This document shows positions 31,437 through 41,988 of a stretch of DNA of 64,000 bases, piece after piece. Under the pieces are notes generated by a model. It had not been told where the DNA came from. It saw nothing but the letters and a program-made list of their open reading frames with translations, and did not search any database. Source of the DNA: Omnitrophica WOR_2 bacterium GWF2_43_52 (lineage in GTDB: Bacteria; Omnitrophota; Gorgyraeia; Gygaellales; UBA12090); contig MHGF01000035.1 of assembly GCA_001805445.1 (NCBI GenBank), positions 25,279 to 89,278 on the forward strand, read 5' to 3'. Numbering within the stretch: the stretch's first letter is position 1; the number at the start of each line of letters is the position of its first letter. The position numbers and the translations under genes were made by a program.

Positions 31437-32777
31437 ATGATTGGTGCCCTCCAGAATATTTTCAAGATCCCTGATTTAAGGCGCAAGGTTATGGTTACCT
31501 TGGGCCTTATTGCCGTTTACAGGCTTGGAGGATTTATCCCGACGCCGGGGATTGATTCTCAGGCATTGGCAGAGTTCTTTAAAAATATCGCGAAAAGCCA
31601 GGGCGGGCAAATCCTGGGTATTATGAACATGTTTTCAGGCGGTTCTTTGGAAAAACTTACTATTTTTGCGCTTGGGATAATGCCGTATATCTCAAGTTCT
31701 ATCATTATTCAGCTGCTTACCGCGGTTATCCCTGCTTTAGAAAAATTATCAAAGGAAGGAAAGGCCGGGCACCAAAAAATAAACCAGTTTACCCGCTATG
31801 CCACCGTAGGTTTAGCTATCATACAATCTTATTTTATCGCGCTATGGCTTGAACATCCGGGAAGGCTGCTTGAGGGTTTGAGTATTGTTTCTCATCCGGG
31901 ATTGAGCTTTCGGTTTCTTACGGTAATTACCCTGACCACAGGAACAATTTTTATTATGTGGCTGGGTGAGCAAATCCAGGAACGGGGCATCGGTAATGGC
32001 ATTTCCCTTATTATCTGCGCTGGTATTATCTCAAGCATTCCCGCGGCGCTGCAGCAACTTTTTCTGCTTATGTCCCCAAAGACACGGCAGCTTCATCCGT
32101 TTACGCTGCTCATTATGGCAGTATTACTTTTCGCGGTAATTTTCGCGGTTATTATGGTTACGCAAGGCCAGCGTAAGATTCCGGTGCAATACGCGCGCCG
32201 GGTGGTAGGAAGAAAGGTTTTTGGCGGGCAATCGACGTATATACCGCTTAAAGTGGACACCTCAGGAGTAATCGCGATTATTTTCGCCCAGTCAATCATT
32301 TTGTTTCCCGCGACGATAGCTTCATTTATTCCGAATGCGTCATTCCAAAAATTTGCTAACAGCCTTACGCGCGGCCATATCGCGTATACCCTGATTTACG
32401 CCCTTTTGATTATTTTCTTTTGCTATTTTTATACCGCGATTGTCTTTAATCCCAAGGATATTTCCGATAATATGAAAAAATACGGAGGTTTTATCCCCGG
32501 CATTAGGCCTGGGGAGCCCACCACCGAATTCCTTGATTTTGTAATGACCAGAATCACCTTGGCAGGGGCGCTCTTTATCGCGGTTATCGCGATCTTGCCT
32601 GATTTCATTATGGCGTGGCTTAACGTGCCGTATTTGCTGGCTTCCTTTTTTGGCGGCACAGGAATTTTGATTGTGGTTGGAGTAATGCTCGATACCCTTA
32701 AACAGATAGAATCACAGCTGTTGATGCGTAATTATGAAGGTTTTATTAAAGGCGCGCGTATCCAGGGAAGGCGCTAA
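31437..32777 (+). CDS. secY: preprotein translocase SecY
   Basis: 446 aa, ten predicted TM segments. Confidence 0.95.
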   Translation: MIGALQNIFKIPDLRRKVMVTLGLIAVYRLGGFIPTPGIDSQALAEFFKNIAKSQGGQILGIMNMFSGGSLEKLTIFALGIMPYISSSIIIQLLTAVIPALEKLSKEGKAGHQKINQFTRYATVGLAIIQSYFIALWLEHPGRLLEGLSIVSHPGLSFRFLTVITLTTGTIFIMWLGEQIQERGIGNGISLIICAGIISSIPAALQQLFLLMSPKTRQLHPFTLLIMAVLLFAVIFAVIMVTQGQRKIPVQYARRVVGRKVFGGQSTYIPLKVDTSGVIAIIFAQSIILFPATIASFIPNASFQKFANSLTRGHIAYTLIYALLIIFFCYFYTAIVFNPKDISDNMKKYGGFIPGIRPGEPTTEFLDFVMTRITLAGALFIAVIAILPDFIMAWLNVPYLLASFFGGTGILIVVGVMLDTLKQIESQLLMRNYEGFIKGARIQGRR

Positions 32778-32788
32778 AAAACTTTTCT

Positions 32789-33451
32789 ATGAAACTTGTC
32801 CTTTTAGGAGCTCCCGGTGCAGGCAAAGGCACGCAGGCTAAAGGTTTAAGCAAGGAATTGAAATTAGCGCATATTTCGACAGGGGATATTTTACGTATCG
32901 CTATTAAGGAAAATACACCCTTAGGGCAAAAGGCAAAGAGGTATGTGGAGACCGGTGAACTTGTTCCCGACAGCCTTGTTACCCAAATGGTCATTGAGCG
33001 ATTATCCTCAGATGATGTAAAAGATGGCTTTATTCTTGACGGTTTTCCAAGGAACAGGCAGCAGGCAAGCGATTTAGATAATTTTTTAAGCGGTAGAAAT
33101 ACGTGTAATTATTTTGTGCTTTATCTTGACGCGAGCGAAAAAACGTTGATTAAACGTTTAAGCGGCAGAAGGATTTGCCGTAAGTGCCAGGCAGTATATC
33201 ATTTGATTAATTTTCCTCCTCTTAAGGAAATGACCTGTGACCATTGTCAAGGAGAGTTATATCAACGCAGTGATGATAAGGAAGAAACGATAAAAAACAG
33301 GCTTGAGGTTTACCAGCGGCAGACTGCGCCGGTAGTCGAGTATTACTTTAAGCAAAAACGCCTTATTCATATTAAATCAGATGATGATGCCCCTCTGGTG
33401 TTACGCCAGATGCTTGAGGTTTTAGCAAAGCCATTTAGTTCGCGAAGCTAG
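32789..33451 (+). CDS. adk: adenylate kinase (zinc-lid type)
   Basis: GAPGAGKGTQA P-loop. CRKCQ..CDHCQ lid. Confidence 0.95.
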   Translation: MKLVLLGAPGAGKGTQAKGLSKELKLAHISTGDILRIAIKENTPLGQKAKRYVETGELVPDSLVTQMVIERLSSDDVKDGFILDGFPRNRQQASDLDNFLSGRNTCNYFVLYLDASEKTLIKRLSGRRICRKCQAVYHLINFPPLKEMTCDHCQGELYQRSDDKEETIKNRLEVYQRQTAPVVEYYFKQKRLIHIKSDDDAPLVLRQMLEVLAKPFSSRS

Positions 33452-33454
33452 TGC

Positions 33455-33640
33455 GCTGCTACAAGAGTTATCCTGCAGCGCACAAAGGGGGTGTGGGGGA
33501 GACCGTCCCCTACGCTTGGGGGGTGCTCAGCGATCCGCCGTAGGCGGAGAGCGCCGAAGGGGGGCTTGCCCCCATAGCGGAAGTGCTCTGTATTCCATAT
33601 AATAATTTATGTAACAGAGCACTAGCGGTAATGATGTGGG
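33455..33640 (+). other. GC-rich multi-hairpin intergenic region (candidate structured RNA)
   Basis: Stems GTGCGCTGC/GCAGCGCAC, GGGGA/TCCCC, CCGCC/GGCGG, GGGGGC/GCCCCC, AGTGCTCTGT/ACAGAGCACT. GC content is much higher than the flanks. Confidence 0.45.
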
Positions 33641-33663
33641 GCCAAGAGCTCTTTTGAAAAGAA

Positions 33664-34407
33664 ATGATTCCTATAAAGTCAGCGCTTGAGTTGGAGGCGA
33701 TGCGTAAGGCAGGGGCTCTGCTGGCAAGAATAGCCGATAAAATACGTACTACGATAGCCATAGGAAAATCGACAGAGGAAATTGACGCATTTGCCGAAGC
33801 GCTCATCCTCAAGGAAGGAGCGCTTCCAGCATTTAAAGGTTATCATGGGTTTCCAGCAAGTGTTTGTACTTCGATCAATGAAGAAGTGGTGCATGGAATT
33901 CCCTCTCAAAGACAGCTTAAGGACGGCGATATTCTTAAGCTTGATATAGGAATTAATGTAAACGGTTTCTATTCAGATTGCGCTTTTACCGTTCTTTTGG
34001 GTAATGTCAGCGGCAGGCAGCGCCGCCTGGTAGATGCGACAAAAAAGGCTCTCGATATAGGCCTCGCGCAGGCTTGGCCGAATAACCACCTCTATGATAT
34101 TTCTTCGGCAATACAGAAGTTCGTTGAAGCTCAGGGTTTTTCAGTTGTCAGGGATTTTGTAGGCCACGGCATAGGCCGTTTGATGCATGAGGCTCCGGAG
34201 GTTCCTAATTTCGGACAGCCGCATACAGGGCCAATTCTTAAGGAAGGAATGGTTCTGGCAATAGAGCCGATGGTGAATATGGGTACATGGGAAGTCGTTA
34301 TAGCCGATAATAAGTGGACAGCCCGTGCCAAGGATAATCTGGCATCCGCGCATTTTGAACATACGGTTGCGGTTACCGCAAACGGCCCTGAAATTTTGAC
34401 CAGGTGA
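33664..34407 (+). CDS. map: methionine aminopeptidase type I
   Basis: 247 aa. Metal ligands in [19 protein letters not shown]. Confidence 0.95.
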   Translation: MIPIKSALELEAMRKAGALLARIADKIRTTIAIGKSTEEIDAFAEALILKEGALPAFKGYHGFPASVCTSINEEVVHGIPSQRQLKDGDILKLDIGINVNGFYSDCAFTVLLGNVSGRQRRLVDATKKALDIGLAQAWPNNHLYDISSAIQKFVEAQGFSVVRDFVGHGIGRLMHEAPEVPNFGQPHTGPILKEGMVLAIEPMVNMGTWEVVIADNKWTARAKDNLASAHFEHTVAVTANGPEILTR

Positions 34408-34417
34408 TACATACTTT

Positions 34418-34636
34418 ATGCCTAAGGAAGATTGTATAGAAGTTGAAGGTGTGGTTAGAGAATGCCTGCCAAATGCGATGTTCCGAGTCGAATTGGACAA
34501 CGGCCATGTGGTATTAGCGCATGTTTCCGGAAAAATGCGGATGCATTTTATTCGTATCCTCGCCGGCGACAGAGTCAAAATGGAATTATCTCCGTACGAT
34601 TTAACCAGAGGCAGAATAACGTTTAGAGTAAAGTAG
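34418..34636 (+). CDS. infA: translation initiation factor IF-1
   Basis: 72 aa. S1-like OB fold. Confidence 0.95.
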   Translation: MPKEDCIEVEGVVRECLPNAMFRVELDNGHVVLAHVSGKMRMHFIRILAGDRVKMELSPYDLTRGRITFRVK

Positions 34637-34688
34637 GTTTTAGACATACAACCTACCTCTGCCGCTTTGCGAAGCAAAGCGGCAGAGG
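34633..34688 (+). other. two adjacent perfect hairpins after infA (GTAGGTT/AACCTAC; CCTCTGCCGCTTTGC-GAA-GCAAAGCGGCAGAGG)
   Basis: Read directly. No U-tract follows, so this may be a processing site or attenuator rather than a terminator. Confidence 0.5.
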
Positions 34689-34745
34689 TTAATTCGCGCA
34701 ATACCTTAGCTTCACTATCGTTGGCTAAGGTATGCGCTCATTAAA

Positions 34746-34859
34746 ATGAAAGTAAAATCGTCAGTAAGAGTGATTTGTGACCGTTGCAAAATAATTCGCA
34801 GGCGCGGGGTAGTGCGTGTTATTTGTACAAACCCAAAACATAAGCAAAGACAGGGATAA
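34746..34859 (+). CDS. rpmJ: 50S ribosomal protein L36 (zinc type)
   Basis: 37-aa ORF not in the ORF track: [37 protein letters not shown]. Confidence 0.9.
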   Translation: MKVKSSVRVICDRCKIIRRRGVVRVICTNPKHKQRQG

Positions 34860-34861
34860 TT

Positions 34862-34949
34862 AAGTGTGTAAGTGTGTAAGTGTTAAGTGTGTAAGGGAAA
34901 CCTTTAAACTTTACACTAATACGCTTTACACTTCGAACGGAGTGAGGTT
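34862..34949 (+). promoter_or_regulatory. second copy of the rpsG-type structured leader, upstream of rpsM
   Basis: AAGTGTGTAAG x3, then gggaaacctttaaactttacac..ctttacacttcgaacggagtgagg. Aligns with 18230-18316. Confidence 0.6.
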
Positions 34950-35345
34950 ATGGCAAGAATAGTAGGTGTGGATTTACCTAAGAATAAGCGTGCGGAAATA
35001 GCGCTTACCTATCTTTATGGTATTGGGAGGGTGCTTTCAAATAAAATTCTTCATGAGACAGGCATTGACCCTAGTAAGCGGGCTAAGGATTTAACCGATG
35101 ATGAAGTTTCAAAGATTACTTTATGTATTCAGAAAAGTGGTTATAAGATTGAAGGTGATTTGCGCAGGGATATATCCGCGAATATAAAACGCCTCATGGA
35201 TATCGGCGCGTGGCGCGGGTTGCGCCACAAAAAAGGCCTGCCGGTAAGGGGGCAGCGTACAAGAACGAATGCCCGTACCCGTAAAGGGCCACGCAAGGGA
35301 GGCGCGCTTATCAGAAAGAAAGACGACGTAAAGGCGGCAAAATAA
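34950..35345 (+). CDS. rpsM: 30S ribosomal protein S13
   Basis: [14 protein letters not shown]. Confidence 0.95.
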   Translation: MARIVGVDLPKNKRAEIALTYLYGIGRVLSNKILHETGIDPSKRAKDLTDDEVSKITLCIQKSGYKIEGDLRRDISANIKRLMDIGAWRGLRHKKGLPVRGQRTRTNARTRKGPRKGGALIRKKDDVKAAK

Positions 35346-35416
35346 ACCTTTCGATAAGGTTAACGCTTCCGCTAAACATGGAAGCATAAGGGGGTCAAAC
35401 CAGCGAGGTAAGTATC

Positions 35417-35806
35417 ATGGCGACAAAGGATAAAGCACGGAAGAAGAAATTAGCAAAGGGTATTACCCATGCAACGGCACATATTTTGGCAAGTTTTAAT
35501 AACACAACGGTGAGTATTACCGATAAGCAGGGGAATGTGTTGGTATGGGCTACTCCCGGAATAGTGGGATATTCAGGCTCTAAAAAATCAACTCCTTTTG
35601 CCGCTCAGATTGCAGCCAGCGATGCCGCCAAAAGGGCTAGGGATATCGGGATAAAGGAGCTTGAAGTTTATGTAAAGGGCCCGGGATCGGGAAGGGAGTC
35701 CGCGATAAGGGCGCTTCAGGCGGCAGGATTAACCATCACGCTTATTAAAGATATAACTCCTATTCCTCATAATGGCTGCCGTCCGCAGAAAAAGAGAAGG
35801 GTATAA
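35417..35806 (+). CDS. rpsK: 30S ribosomal protein S11
   Basis: 129 aa. Alpha-operon position. Confidence 0.95.
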   Translation: MATKDKARKKKLAKGITHATAHILASFNNTTVSITDKQGNVLVWATPGIVGYSGSKKSTPFAAQIAASDAAKRARDIGIKELEVYVKGPGSGRESAIRALQAAGLTITLIKDITPIPHNGCRPQKKRRV

Positions 35807-35877
35807 GGATACTGCTCAAGAACCGGTAGTATTCAAGTAGAAAAAGCTATTGATTTATAAAGGAGAAAATAACATTT

Positions 35878-36513
35878 ATGGCAAGGTATACGAGACCCGA
35901 TTGTAGGTTATGCCGTAGAGAAGGCATGAAGCTTTTCTTGAAAGGCACACGCTGCCATACGGAGAAATGCGCTATCGCCAAGAGAGCGTATGCCCCTGGC
36001 CAGCATGGGCCGACCAGCAGAAAAGGGCATAAGCTTTCTAACTATGGAATACAATTAAGAGAAAAACAGAAAGTAAAAAGGATATATGGCGTTTTGGAGA
36101 AACAATTCAGGCGTTATTTTGAAACTGCATCAAGGACCAAAGGCGTTACCGGAAAGATCCTGATGCAGCTTTTAGAGCGGCGCCTTGACAATGCCGTCTT
36201 TCAGGCAGGGTTCGCGCTTTCACGCGATCAGGCTCGTCAAATGGTAAGCCATGGGTGGGTGTATGTGAATCAGCATAGAGTAACGGTTCCTTCGTATTTA
36301 ATCAAAAGTAATGATACCATTGAGTTAAAAGTCAAGGACAAAGGGCTTGAATTGTTACGGCAGAATTTGAAGCTTTCCGCGGACCGGACAAGGCCGGGAT
36401 GGCTTGAGACTAATGCTGAAAACTGTAGCGCAAGGATTTCAAAGCTGCCGGAGGGCAAGGATATCACCCTGCCTATACAAGAGCAGCTGATCGTCGAGTT
36501 ATATTCCAAATAG
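35878..36513 (+). CDS. rpsD: 30S ribosomal protein S4 (zinc-motif form)
   Basis: MARYTRPDCRLCRREGMKLFLKGTRCHTEKC. Confidence 0.95.
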   Translation: MARYTRPDCRLCRREGMKLFLKGTRCHTEKCAIAKRAYAPGQHGPTSRKGHKLSNYGIQLREKQKVKRIYGVLEKQFRRYFETASRTKGVTGKILMQLLERRLDNAVFQAGFALSRDQARQMVSHGWVYVNQHRVTVPSYLIKSNDTIELKVKDKGLELLRQNLKLSADRTRPGWLETNAENCSARISKLPEGKDITLPIQEQLIVELYSK

Positions 36514-36604
36514 AAGTAATAATAATTGCTGCGTTTACCATCTACCGTTTACGGTGAACGGTTAACGGTAAACGAAACGTTATTTTTAGCAGAGGAGAAG
36601 AAAT

Positions 36605-37597
36605 ATGGGTATAAAGTGGCGAGATTTCCAGATGCCCAAAAGGCTTGAGTGCGATGAATCAAGCTATAGCCAGACATATGGAAAATTTATGGCTGAGCCT
36701 TTTGAGAGAGGTTACGGGGTTACCTTAGGGAATTCCTTAAGAAGAGTGCTTTTATCTTCTATAGACGGGGCAGCGGTAACCAGTATAAAGTTTGAGGCAA
36801 GCCAGCATGAGTTTTCCGCGCTTCCCGGAGTTGTCGAGGATGTAACGGAAATGATACTCAATATTAAGAAACTTGTCTTGCGTTCTCACTCTAAAACACC
36901 GAAAACGATGTATATAAAGAAGAAACACAAGGGAGAAATTACTGCGGCGGATATTGAAACCGATGAAACGATAGAGGTAATCAATAAGGGCCTGCATATT
37001 GCTACGTTGACAAAGGATACCACGTTTTCTTTGGAGATGGAAGTGGCAAAAGGCAGAGGGTATGTGGCCGCGGAATTCAATAAAAAGGAAGACCAGCCTA
37101 TCGGAGTTATCGCGATTGATTCTATTTTCAGCCCGGTAATTAAGGTTGCCTTTACCACCGAGAATGCCCGTGTAGGACAAAGGACAGATTATGACCGCCT
37201 CATCTTAGAAATCTGGACTAACGGCGCGATGAGCCCTAAAGACGCTTTGTTGTACGCGTCGAATATTTTGCAGAGGCATTTGGATGTATTTGTGAATTTT
37301 GGCAAACTTCCGGAAGAGGAAATAGAACAAGAACCTGATATGCAGCCGGATGAAATAGTCTTATATGAGAAATTAAGGCTCCCTATAGCAGAGTTGGAAT
37401 TGTCAGTGCGTTCTTCAAATTGTTTTAGCGAGGAAGGCATAAAGACAATCGCGGATTTGGTCAAGCACTCAGAGGATGAGATGCTCTCTTTGCGTAATTT
37501 CGGAAAGAAATCACTCACAGAAATTAAAGAGCTGCTCGCGTCTATGGGGCTTAGTTTAGGGATGAAGGTAGATAACAAAAAAATAAAACAGAAATAG
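36605..37597 (+). CDS. rpoA: DNA-directed RNA polymerase subunit alpha
   Basis: 330 aa. N-terminal and C-terminal domain pattern. Confidence 0.95.
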   Translation: MGIKWRDFQMPKRLECDESSYSQTYGKFMAEPFERGYGVTLGNSLRRVLLSSIDGAAVTSIKFEASQHEFSALPGVVEDVTEMILNIKKLVLRSHSKTPKTMYIKKKHKGEITAADIETDETIEVINKGLHIATLTKDTTFSLEMEVAKGRGYVAAEFNKKEDQPIGVIAIDSIFSPVIKVAFTTENARVGQRTDYDRLILEIWTNGAMSPKDALLYASNILQRHLDVFVNFGKLPEEEIEQEPDMQPDEIVLYEKLRLPIAELELSVRSSNCFSEEGIKTIADLVKHSEDEMLSLRNFGKKSLTEIKELLASMGLSLGMKVDNKKIKQK

Positions 37598-37660
37598 GCG
37601 GCTTGTAAGCGTTGCGTGGAGAAATAAGTATCTTCGCGCACTGTTTGGGGCTGGCGACAT

Positions 37661-38203
37661 ATGCGACATAAAATGCGGACGAATCGTTTTAACAGGTTCA
37701 GCAGCTTAAGAAAAGCTACGGTGAATTCACTTGCCCGGTCAGTTATTATTCATGACGCAATTACAACAACCCAGGTGAAAGCAAAAGCAGCGGCGCAGGA
37801 AGTAGAGCACTTGATTACGCTCGCGAAAAAAAATACCTTGTCGGCAAAACGGCGGGCATTTCGAGTGCTTTTAGACCATGCGTTAGTAAGCAGGTTGTTT
37901 AGCCAGACAGCACCGTTATTTAAAGAACGGCAAAGCGGCTTTACCCGGATTTTAAAAACCGGCACCCGGCGCGGGGACGGGGCTCAGATGGTAATCTTGG
38001 AGCTTACCGAGAAGCTCAAGAAGGAAAAGAAAGTAAAAAAAGAAAAGGCCGTTGAGGCTGCCCATGAGCATCCGGCTGTTCATGAGGAAAAACCTCACGC
38101 AGCCAAAGAAGAAAAGCAAAGGCCATCTGAAAAGAAAGAGCCTACGAAGAAATTCCTTGGTGGTTTGAAAGGGTTCTTTAAGAAAGAAAGAGATTCATTG
38201 TGA
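37661..38203 (+). CDS. rplQ: 50S ribosomal protein L17 with ~60-aa Lys/Glu/His-rich C-terminal extension
   Basis: MRHKMRTNRFNRFSS.. L17 core. The tail is KKEKKVKKEKAVEAAHEHPAVHEEKPHAAKEEK. Confidence 0.9.
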   Translation: MRHKMRTNRFNRFSSLRKATVNSLARSVIIHDAITTTQVKAKAAAQEVEHLITLAKKNTLSAKRRAFRVLLDHALVSRLFSQTAPLFKERQSGFTRILKTGTRRGDGAQMVILELTEKLKKEKKVKKEKAVEAAHEHPAVHEEKPHAAKEEKQRPSEKKEPTKKFLGGLKGFFKKERDSL

Positions 38204-38294
38204 GGTTTTGCCTTTTAACCCGAATCGTGCGTTAGGAATGGATGAAGATTAGCCATATTCGCCATTATCTAATGCGCAATTTGGGTTTACATAC

Positions 38295-39458
38295 ATGTTT
38301 CTTTCTAAAAGAGTCAAAGATTTAAGTCCTTCCTCAACTTTACAGATAACGTCGCTTGCAAAAAAACTTGCATCTGAAGGCATCGATGTCGTGAGTTTTG
38401 GAGCAGGTGAGCCTGACTTTGATACGCCTGATTTTATTAAGGAGGCGGCAATTGAAGCAATCCGTAAAGGGTTTACGAAATACACTCCTTCTACAGGCAC
38501 CCTTGAATTACGTAAGGCCATCCAGGAGAAGTTCAAAAAAGACAATAATCTCACCTATACCCCGGAGCAAATTGTCGTTTCTTCTGGGGCAAAACACAGC
38601 CTCTTTAATATTATTATAGCGCTTATCGATGACGATGATGAGGTTATCATTGGTGCGCCGTATTGGGTAAGTTATCCTGAAATGGTGAAGGCCTCAGGCG
38701 GCAGCTCCCGTTTTATCCTTACCAAAGAGGAAGATGATTTTAAAATAACCCCTGCCCAATTAAAAAAAGCTATCTCAAAAAAATCAAAGGCATTGATTAT
38801 CAATAGCCCATCAAACCCTACAGGGATGGTTTACACAAGGCAGGAATTAAAGGAAATTGCCGATATCTGCGACGCGCACAATCTTTATATCATTTCGGAT
38901 GAGATTTATGAGAAATTGATTTATGACGGGCTGGAGCATATTTCCATCGCCAGTCTGGGAAATCATGCCTACAGCCGCACGTTCACTGTTAACGGCGTTT
39001 CCAAGGCATATTCAATGACCGGCTGGCGTATTGGTTACTGCGCGGGCCCCCCAGAGATACTCAATGCCATAAAAAACCTTCAGGATCATTCTACCTCTAA
39101 TCCTTGCTCAATTTCACAGGCTGCCGCGCTCAAAGCGCTTACGAGTTCCGACGAATGGACAAAGAAGCTGTGTAAGGAGTTTGAGAGCAGGCGGGATTAC
39201 CTCATGAAGCGTATCGACGGAATTCCTGGTTTAACTTACCGTAAGCCGCAAGGGGCGTTTTACCTTTTCTGTAATATCGCAAAGACAGCTCTTACGTCGC
39301 AGGAATTTTCGATGCGCCTCTTGAAGGAAGAAAGTGTCGCGGTAATCCCGGGAGACGGTTTTGGCTGTGATGATTACATTCGTTTAAGTTTTGCTGTCAA
39401 CGTGGAAACGATAAAAAAAGGAATTGATAGGTTGGAGAGCTGGTTAAAGAAGATATGA
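38295..39458 (+). CDS. class I/II PLP-dependent aminotransferase (aspartate aminotransferase family)
   Basis: NSPSNPTG and SKAYSMTGWRIGY motifs (the Lys is the PLP site). Confidence 0.85.
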   Translation: MFLSKRVKDLSPSSTLQITSLAKKLASEGIDVVSFGAGEPDFDTPDFIKEAAIEAIRKGFTKYTPSTGTLELRKAIQEKFKKDNNLTYTPEQIVVSSGAKHSLFNIIIALIDDDDEVIIGAPYWVSYPEMVKASGGSSRFILTKEEDDFKITPAQLKKAISKKSKALIINSPSNPTGMVYTRQELKEIADICDAHNLYIISDEIYEKLIYDGLEHISIASLGNHAYSRTFTVNGVSKAYSMTGWRIGYCAGPPEILNAIKNLQDHSTSNPCSISQAAALKALTSSDEWTKKLCKEFESRRDYLMKRIDGIPGLTYRKPQGAFYLFCNIAKTALTSQEFSMRLLKEESVAVIPGDGFGCDDYIRLSFAVNVETIKKGIDRLESWLKKI

Positions 39459-39463
39459 ATTTA

Positions 39464-39500
39464 CCCGCCACAAAACGCCCGCCACAAAGCGTTGGCGGGT
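39464..39500 (+). repeat. REP-like palindrome CCGCCACAAA(A/G)CG..TTGGCGG (two overlapping half-sites)
   Basis: Family members also at 6404-6426, 44805-44825, 44948-44972, 48114-48153, 58910-58928. Confidence 0.7.
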
Positions 39501-39534
39501 TCAACTCGCTTGATGAAAATGGGAACTCGTTGAA

Positions 39535-40791
39535 ATGGGTAAAACAATTGCCGAAAAAATCTTAAGCGCGCACGCGCGCGCTGATATAAAAGCTGGTGAT
39601 TTCGCGGTCTGTTCTATAGATTTTTGTTTTGGCCAAGACGGCACAAGCGCGATTATTATTGACCGCATAAAGGAGCTGGGGGTAGAGAAGATATTCGACA
39701 GCAAAAAGTTTTGTATGGTCATCGACCATAATTCTCCCGCTCCGAATCTCGGCGCGTCAGGGGTACAAAAAAAGATGCGCGATTTCGCTCGAACACACAA
39801 CGCGCTTCTCTATGATATTAACTGCGGGGTTTGCCATCAGATAATCCCTGAGAAAGGCCATATTCTTCCCGGGCATTTAGTCGTGGGTGCCGATTCGCAT
39901 ACCTGTACCTATGGGGCATTAGGCGCGTTGTCGACAGGAGTCGGTTCTACGGATTTAGCAGTCGCGCTTGCAACCGGTAAAAACTGGTTTAAGGCGCCTG
40001 AGACGATAAAAATAATCCTTAAAGGCAGGATTCCTAAGGGGGTTTTTGCCAAAGATATCCTTTTATATATCGCCGGCGATCTCACGGCAAACGGCGCGAC
40101 ATACCATGCCTTAGAGTTTTATGGGCCGGCAATAGCTCAGTTAAGCATGGATGGGCGTTTTACCATGTGCAATATGGTCGTAGAACTCGGCGCGAAATGC
40201 GGTTTTATGCCTGTGGATGAAAAGACAACGCAGTGGTTGAGCAAAAGGACTAATAAAAAATACACCGTCTACGAAGCAGATGCCGATGCCCGGTATATCG
40301 CAGTGAAAGAATACGATGTGTCAAAGATACCCCCGTCTCTTGCCAAACCTCATACCGTCGATAATTACGCGGCAATACAGGATGTAAAGGGCACGCGTAT
40401 CAATGAAGCATTCATAGGCACCTGTACAAACGGCAGGCTTGAAGATTTAAAAATCGCGGCAAGGATTTTAAAGAATAAGAAAATAAAACAGGGGGTTAAA
40501 TTAATTATCGCTCCTGCTTCACAAGATATCTATAGGGAGGCATTAAAAGGAGGGCTGATAGAAACATTTATCAATGCTGGCGCGGTAGTGCTTAATCCCG
40601 GGTGCGGCCCCTGCGTGGGAACGCACCAGGGTGTTCCTGCCGATGGTGAAGTGGTTATTTCAACGGCGAACCGTAATTTTATCGGCCGTATGGGAAACCC
40701 AAAAGCTTTTATTTACCTTGCCTCTCCAGCAACGGTTGCTGCTTCCGCGCTTTTAGGAAAGATTGCGGATCCTCGGAAATATTTTAAATGA
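39535..40791 (+). CDS. leuC: aconitase-family dehydratase large subunit (3-isopropylmalate / homoaconitate dehydratase, short archaeal-type)
   Basis: 418 aa. Fe-S Cys in GTCTNGR and PGCGPCVG. Confidence 0.8.
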   Translation: MGKTIAEKILSAHARADIKAGDFAVCSIDFCFGQDGTSAIIIDRIKELGVEKIFDSKKFCMVIDHNSPAPNLGASGVQKKMRDFARTHNALLYDINCGVCHQIIPEKGHILPGHLVVGADSHTCTYGALGALSTGVGSTDLAVALATGKNWFKAPETIKIILKGRIPKGVFAKDILLYIAGDLTANGATYHALEFYGPAIAQLSMDGRFTMCNMVVELGAKCGFMPVDEKTTQWLSKRTNKKYTVYEADADARYIAVKEYDVSKIPPSLAKPHTVDNYAAIQDVKGTRINEAFIGTCTNGRLEDLKIAARILKNKKIKQGVKLIIAPASQDIYREALKGGLIETFINAGAVVLNPGCGPCVGTHQGVPADGEVVISTANRNFIGRMGNPKAFIYLASPATVAASALLGKIADPRKYFK

Positions 40792-40855
40792 ACCCGGCTT
40801 TCTAAAAATGAGGCTTATAGCCTTTTGTTGGGTATGCGCACGGTGAAGGAGAAAA

Positions 40856-41902
40856 ATGGATATTAAAGAATTACTTACCTCAGTTGTGGAAAATAATGCT
40901 TCAGACCTGCATCTGACAGCGCATGAGCCTCCGATATTACGTATGGATGGTGTATTGCAACGCACGAGTTTTGACGCCCTTGAAGCTGATGACCTGAAGC
41001 GGCTTATTTATAGTGTTTTAAACGATACTCAGAAGACTGAATTTGAGAGAGAGCTAGAACTTGATTTTTCACTCGCGCTTCCTGATTTTGACCGTTTCCG
41101 TGTAAACGTCCATATGCAGAAAGGATGCGTGGAGGCGGCGCTCCGAAGGGTTCCTTTAGAGATTCCATCGTTAGATAAGCTTATGCTTCCTAAGGTTGCC
41201 GAGGATTTGGCGCGAAAACCTAATGGTTTAGTGTTAGTTACCGGGCCTACCGGAGCGGGAAAGACCACAACCCTTGCGGCGATGATAGATATGATAAATC
41301 GCGAGCGGGAGTCTATTATTATCTGTATTGAAGACCCTATAGAATTTATCCATGCCAATAAAAAGAGCGTGGTAAAACAGCGCGAGGTATACGCGGATAC
41401 TAAGTCGTTTGCCAATGCGCTTCGCCATGTGCTTAGAGAAGACCCTAATACTATTATGGTAGGAGAAATGCGCGATCTGGAAACTATTTCAACAACGCTT
41501 ACCGCGGCGGAGACCGGGCATTTGGTATTTGCGACCCTGCATACCCCTAATGCCCCTCAGACGATTCAGCGTATCATTGACGTTTTCCCTCCGACGCAGC
41601 AAACGCAGATTAAATTGCAGCTCGCGGATTGCCTCCAGGGCGTTGTTTCGCAGCTGCTTTTGCCCCATGTCAGCGGCAGGGGCAGGGTATTGGCAACGGA
41701 GATTATGGTGGCGACCCCCGGTATTCGAAATCTTATCCGCGAGCAGGAAATAGAGCAAATCCCGACGCTTATGCAGACAGGCGCGCAGTTTGGGATGAAG
41801 ACCATGGATAAGTGTTTAAAAGAGCTATTTCAGAACGGCCTCATCAGTTTAGAGACCGCGATGTCAAAAGTAAAGAATGTAGAGGAGTTCCGCAGCCTGT
41901 AA
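40856..41902 (+). CDS. pilT: type IV pilus retraction ATPase PilT
   Basis: 348 aa. Walker A GPTGAGKTT and PilT-type motifs. Confidence 0.85.
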   Translation: MDIKELLTSVVENNASDLHLTAHEPPILRMDGVLQRTSFDALEADDLKRLIYSVLNDTQKTEFERELELDFSLALPDFDRFRVNVHMQKGCVEAALRRVPLEIPSLDKLMLPKVAEDLARKPNGLVLVTGPTGAGKTTTLAAMIDMINRERESIIICIEDPIEFIHANKKSVVKQREVYADTKSFANALRHVLREDPNTIMVGEMRDLETISTTLTAAETGHLVFATLHTPNAPQTIQRIIDVFPPTQQTQIKLQLADCLQGVVSQLLLPHVSGRGRVLATEIMVATPGIRNLIREQEIEQIPTLMQTGAQFGMKTMDKCLKELFQNGLISLETAMSKVKNVEEFRSL

Positions 41903-41988
41903 GATTTTATTTCATTAGGGAATACCCTACGCTTCGCTTTAGGGTAAAATCATATTTCGTTAACGAAATATTATTTTAAGAGAGAAAG

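Noticed and set aside
33510-33812. 100-aa minus-strand ORF across the adk-map spacer
   Set aside because: The translation is an Ala/Ser/Pro-rich run produced by the GC-rich hairpin region. It overlaps the map start. Treated as a structured non-coding region instead.
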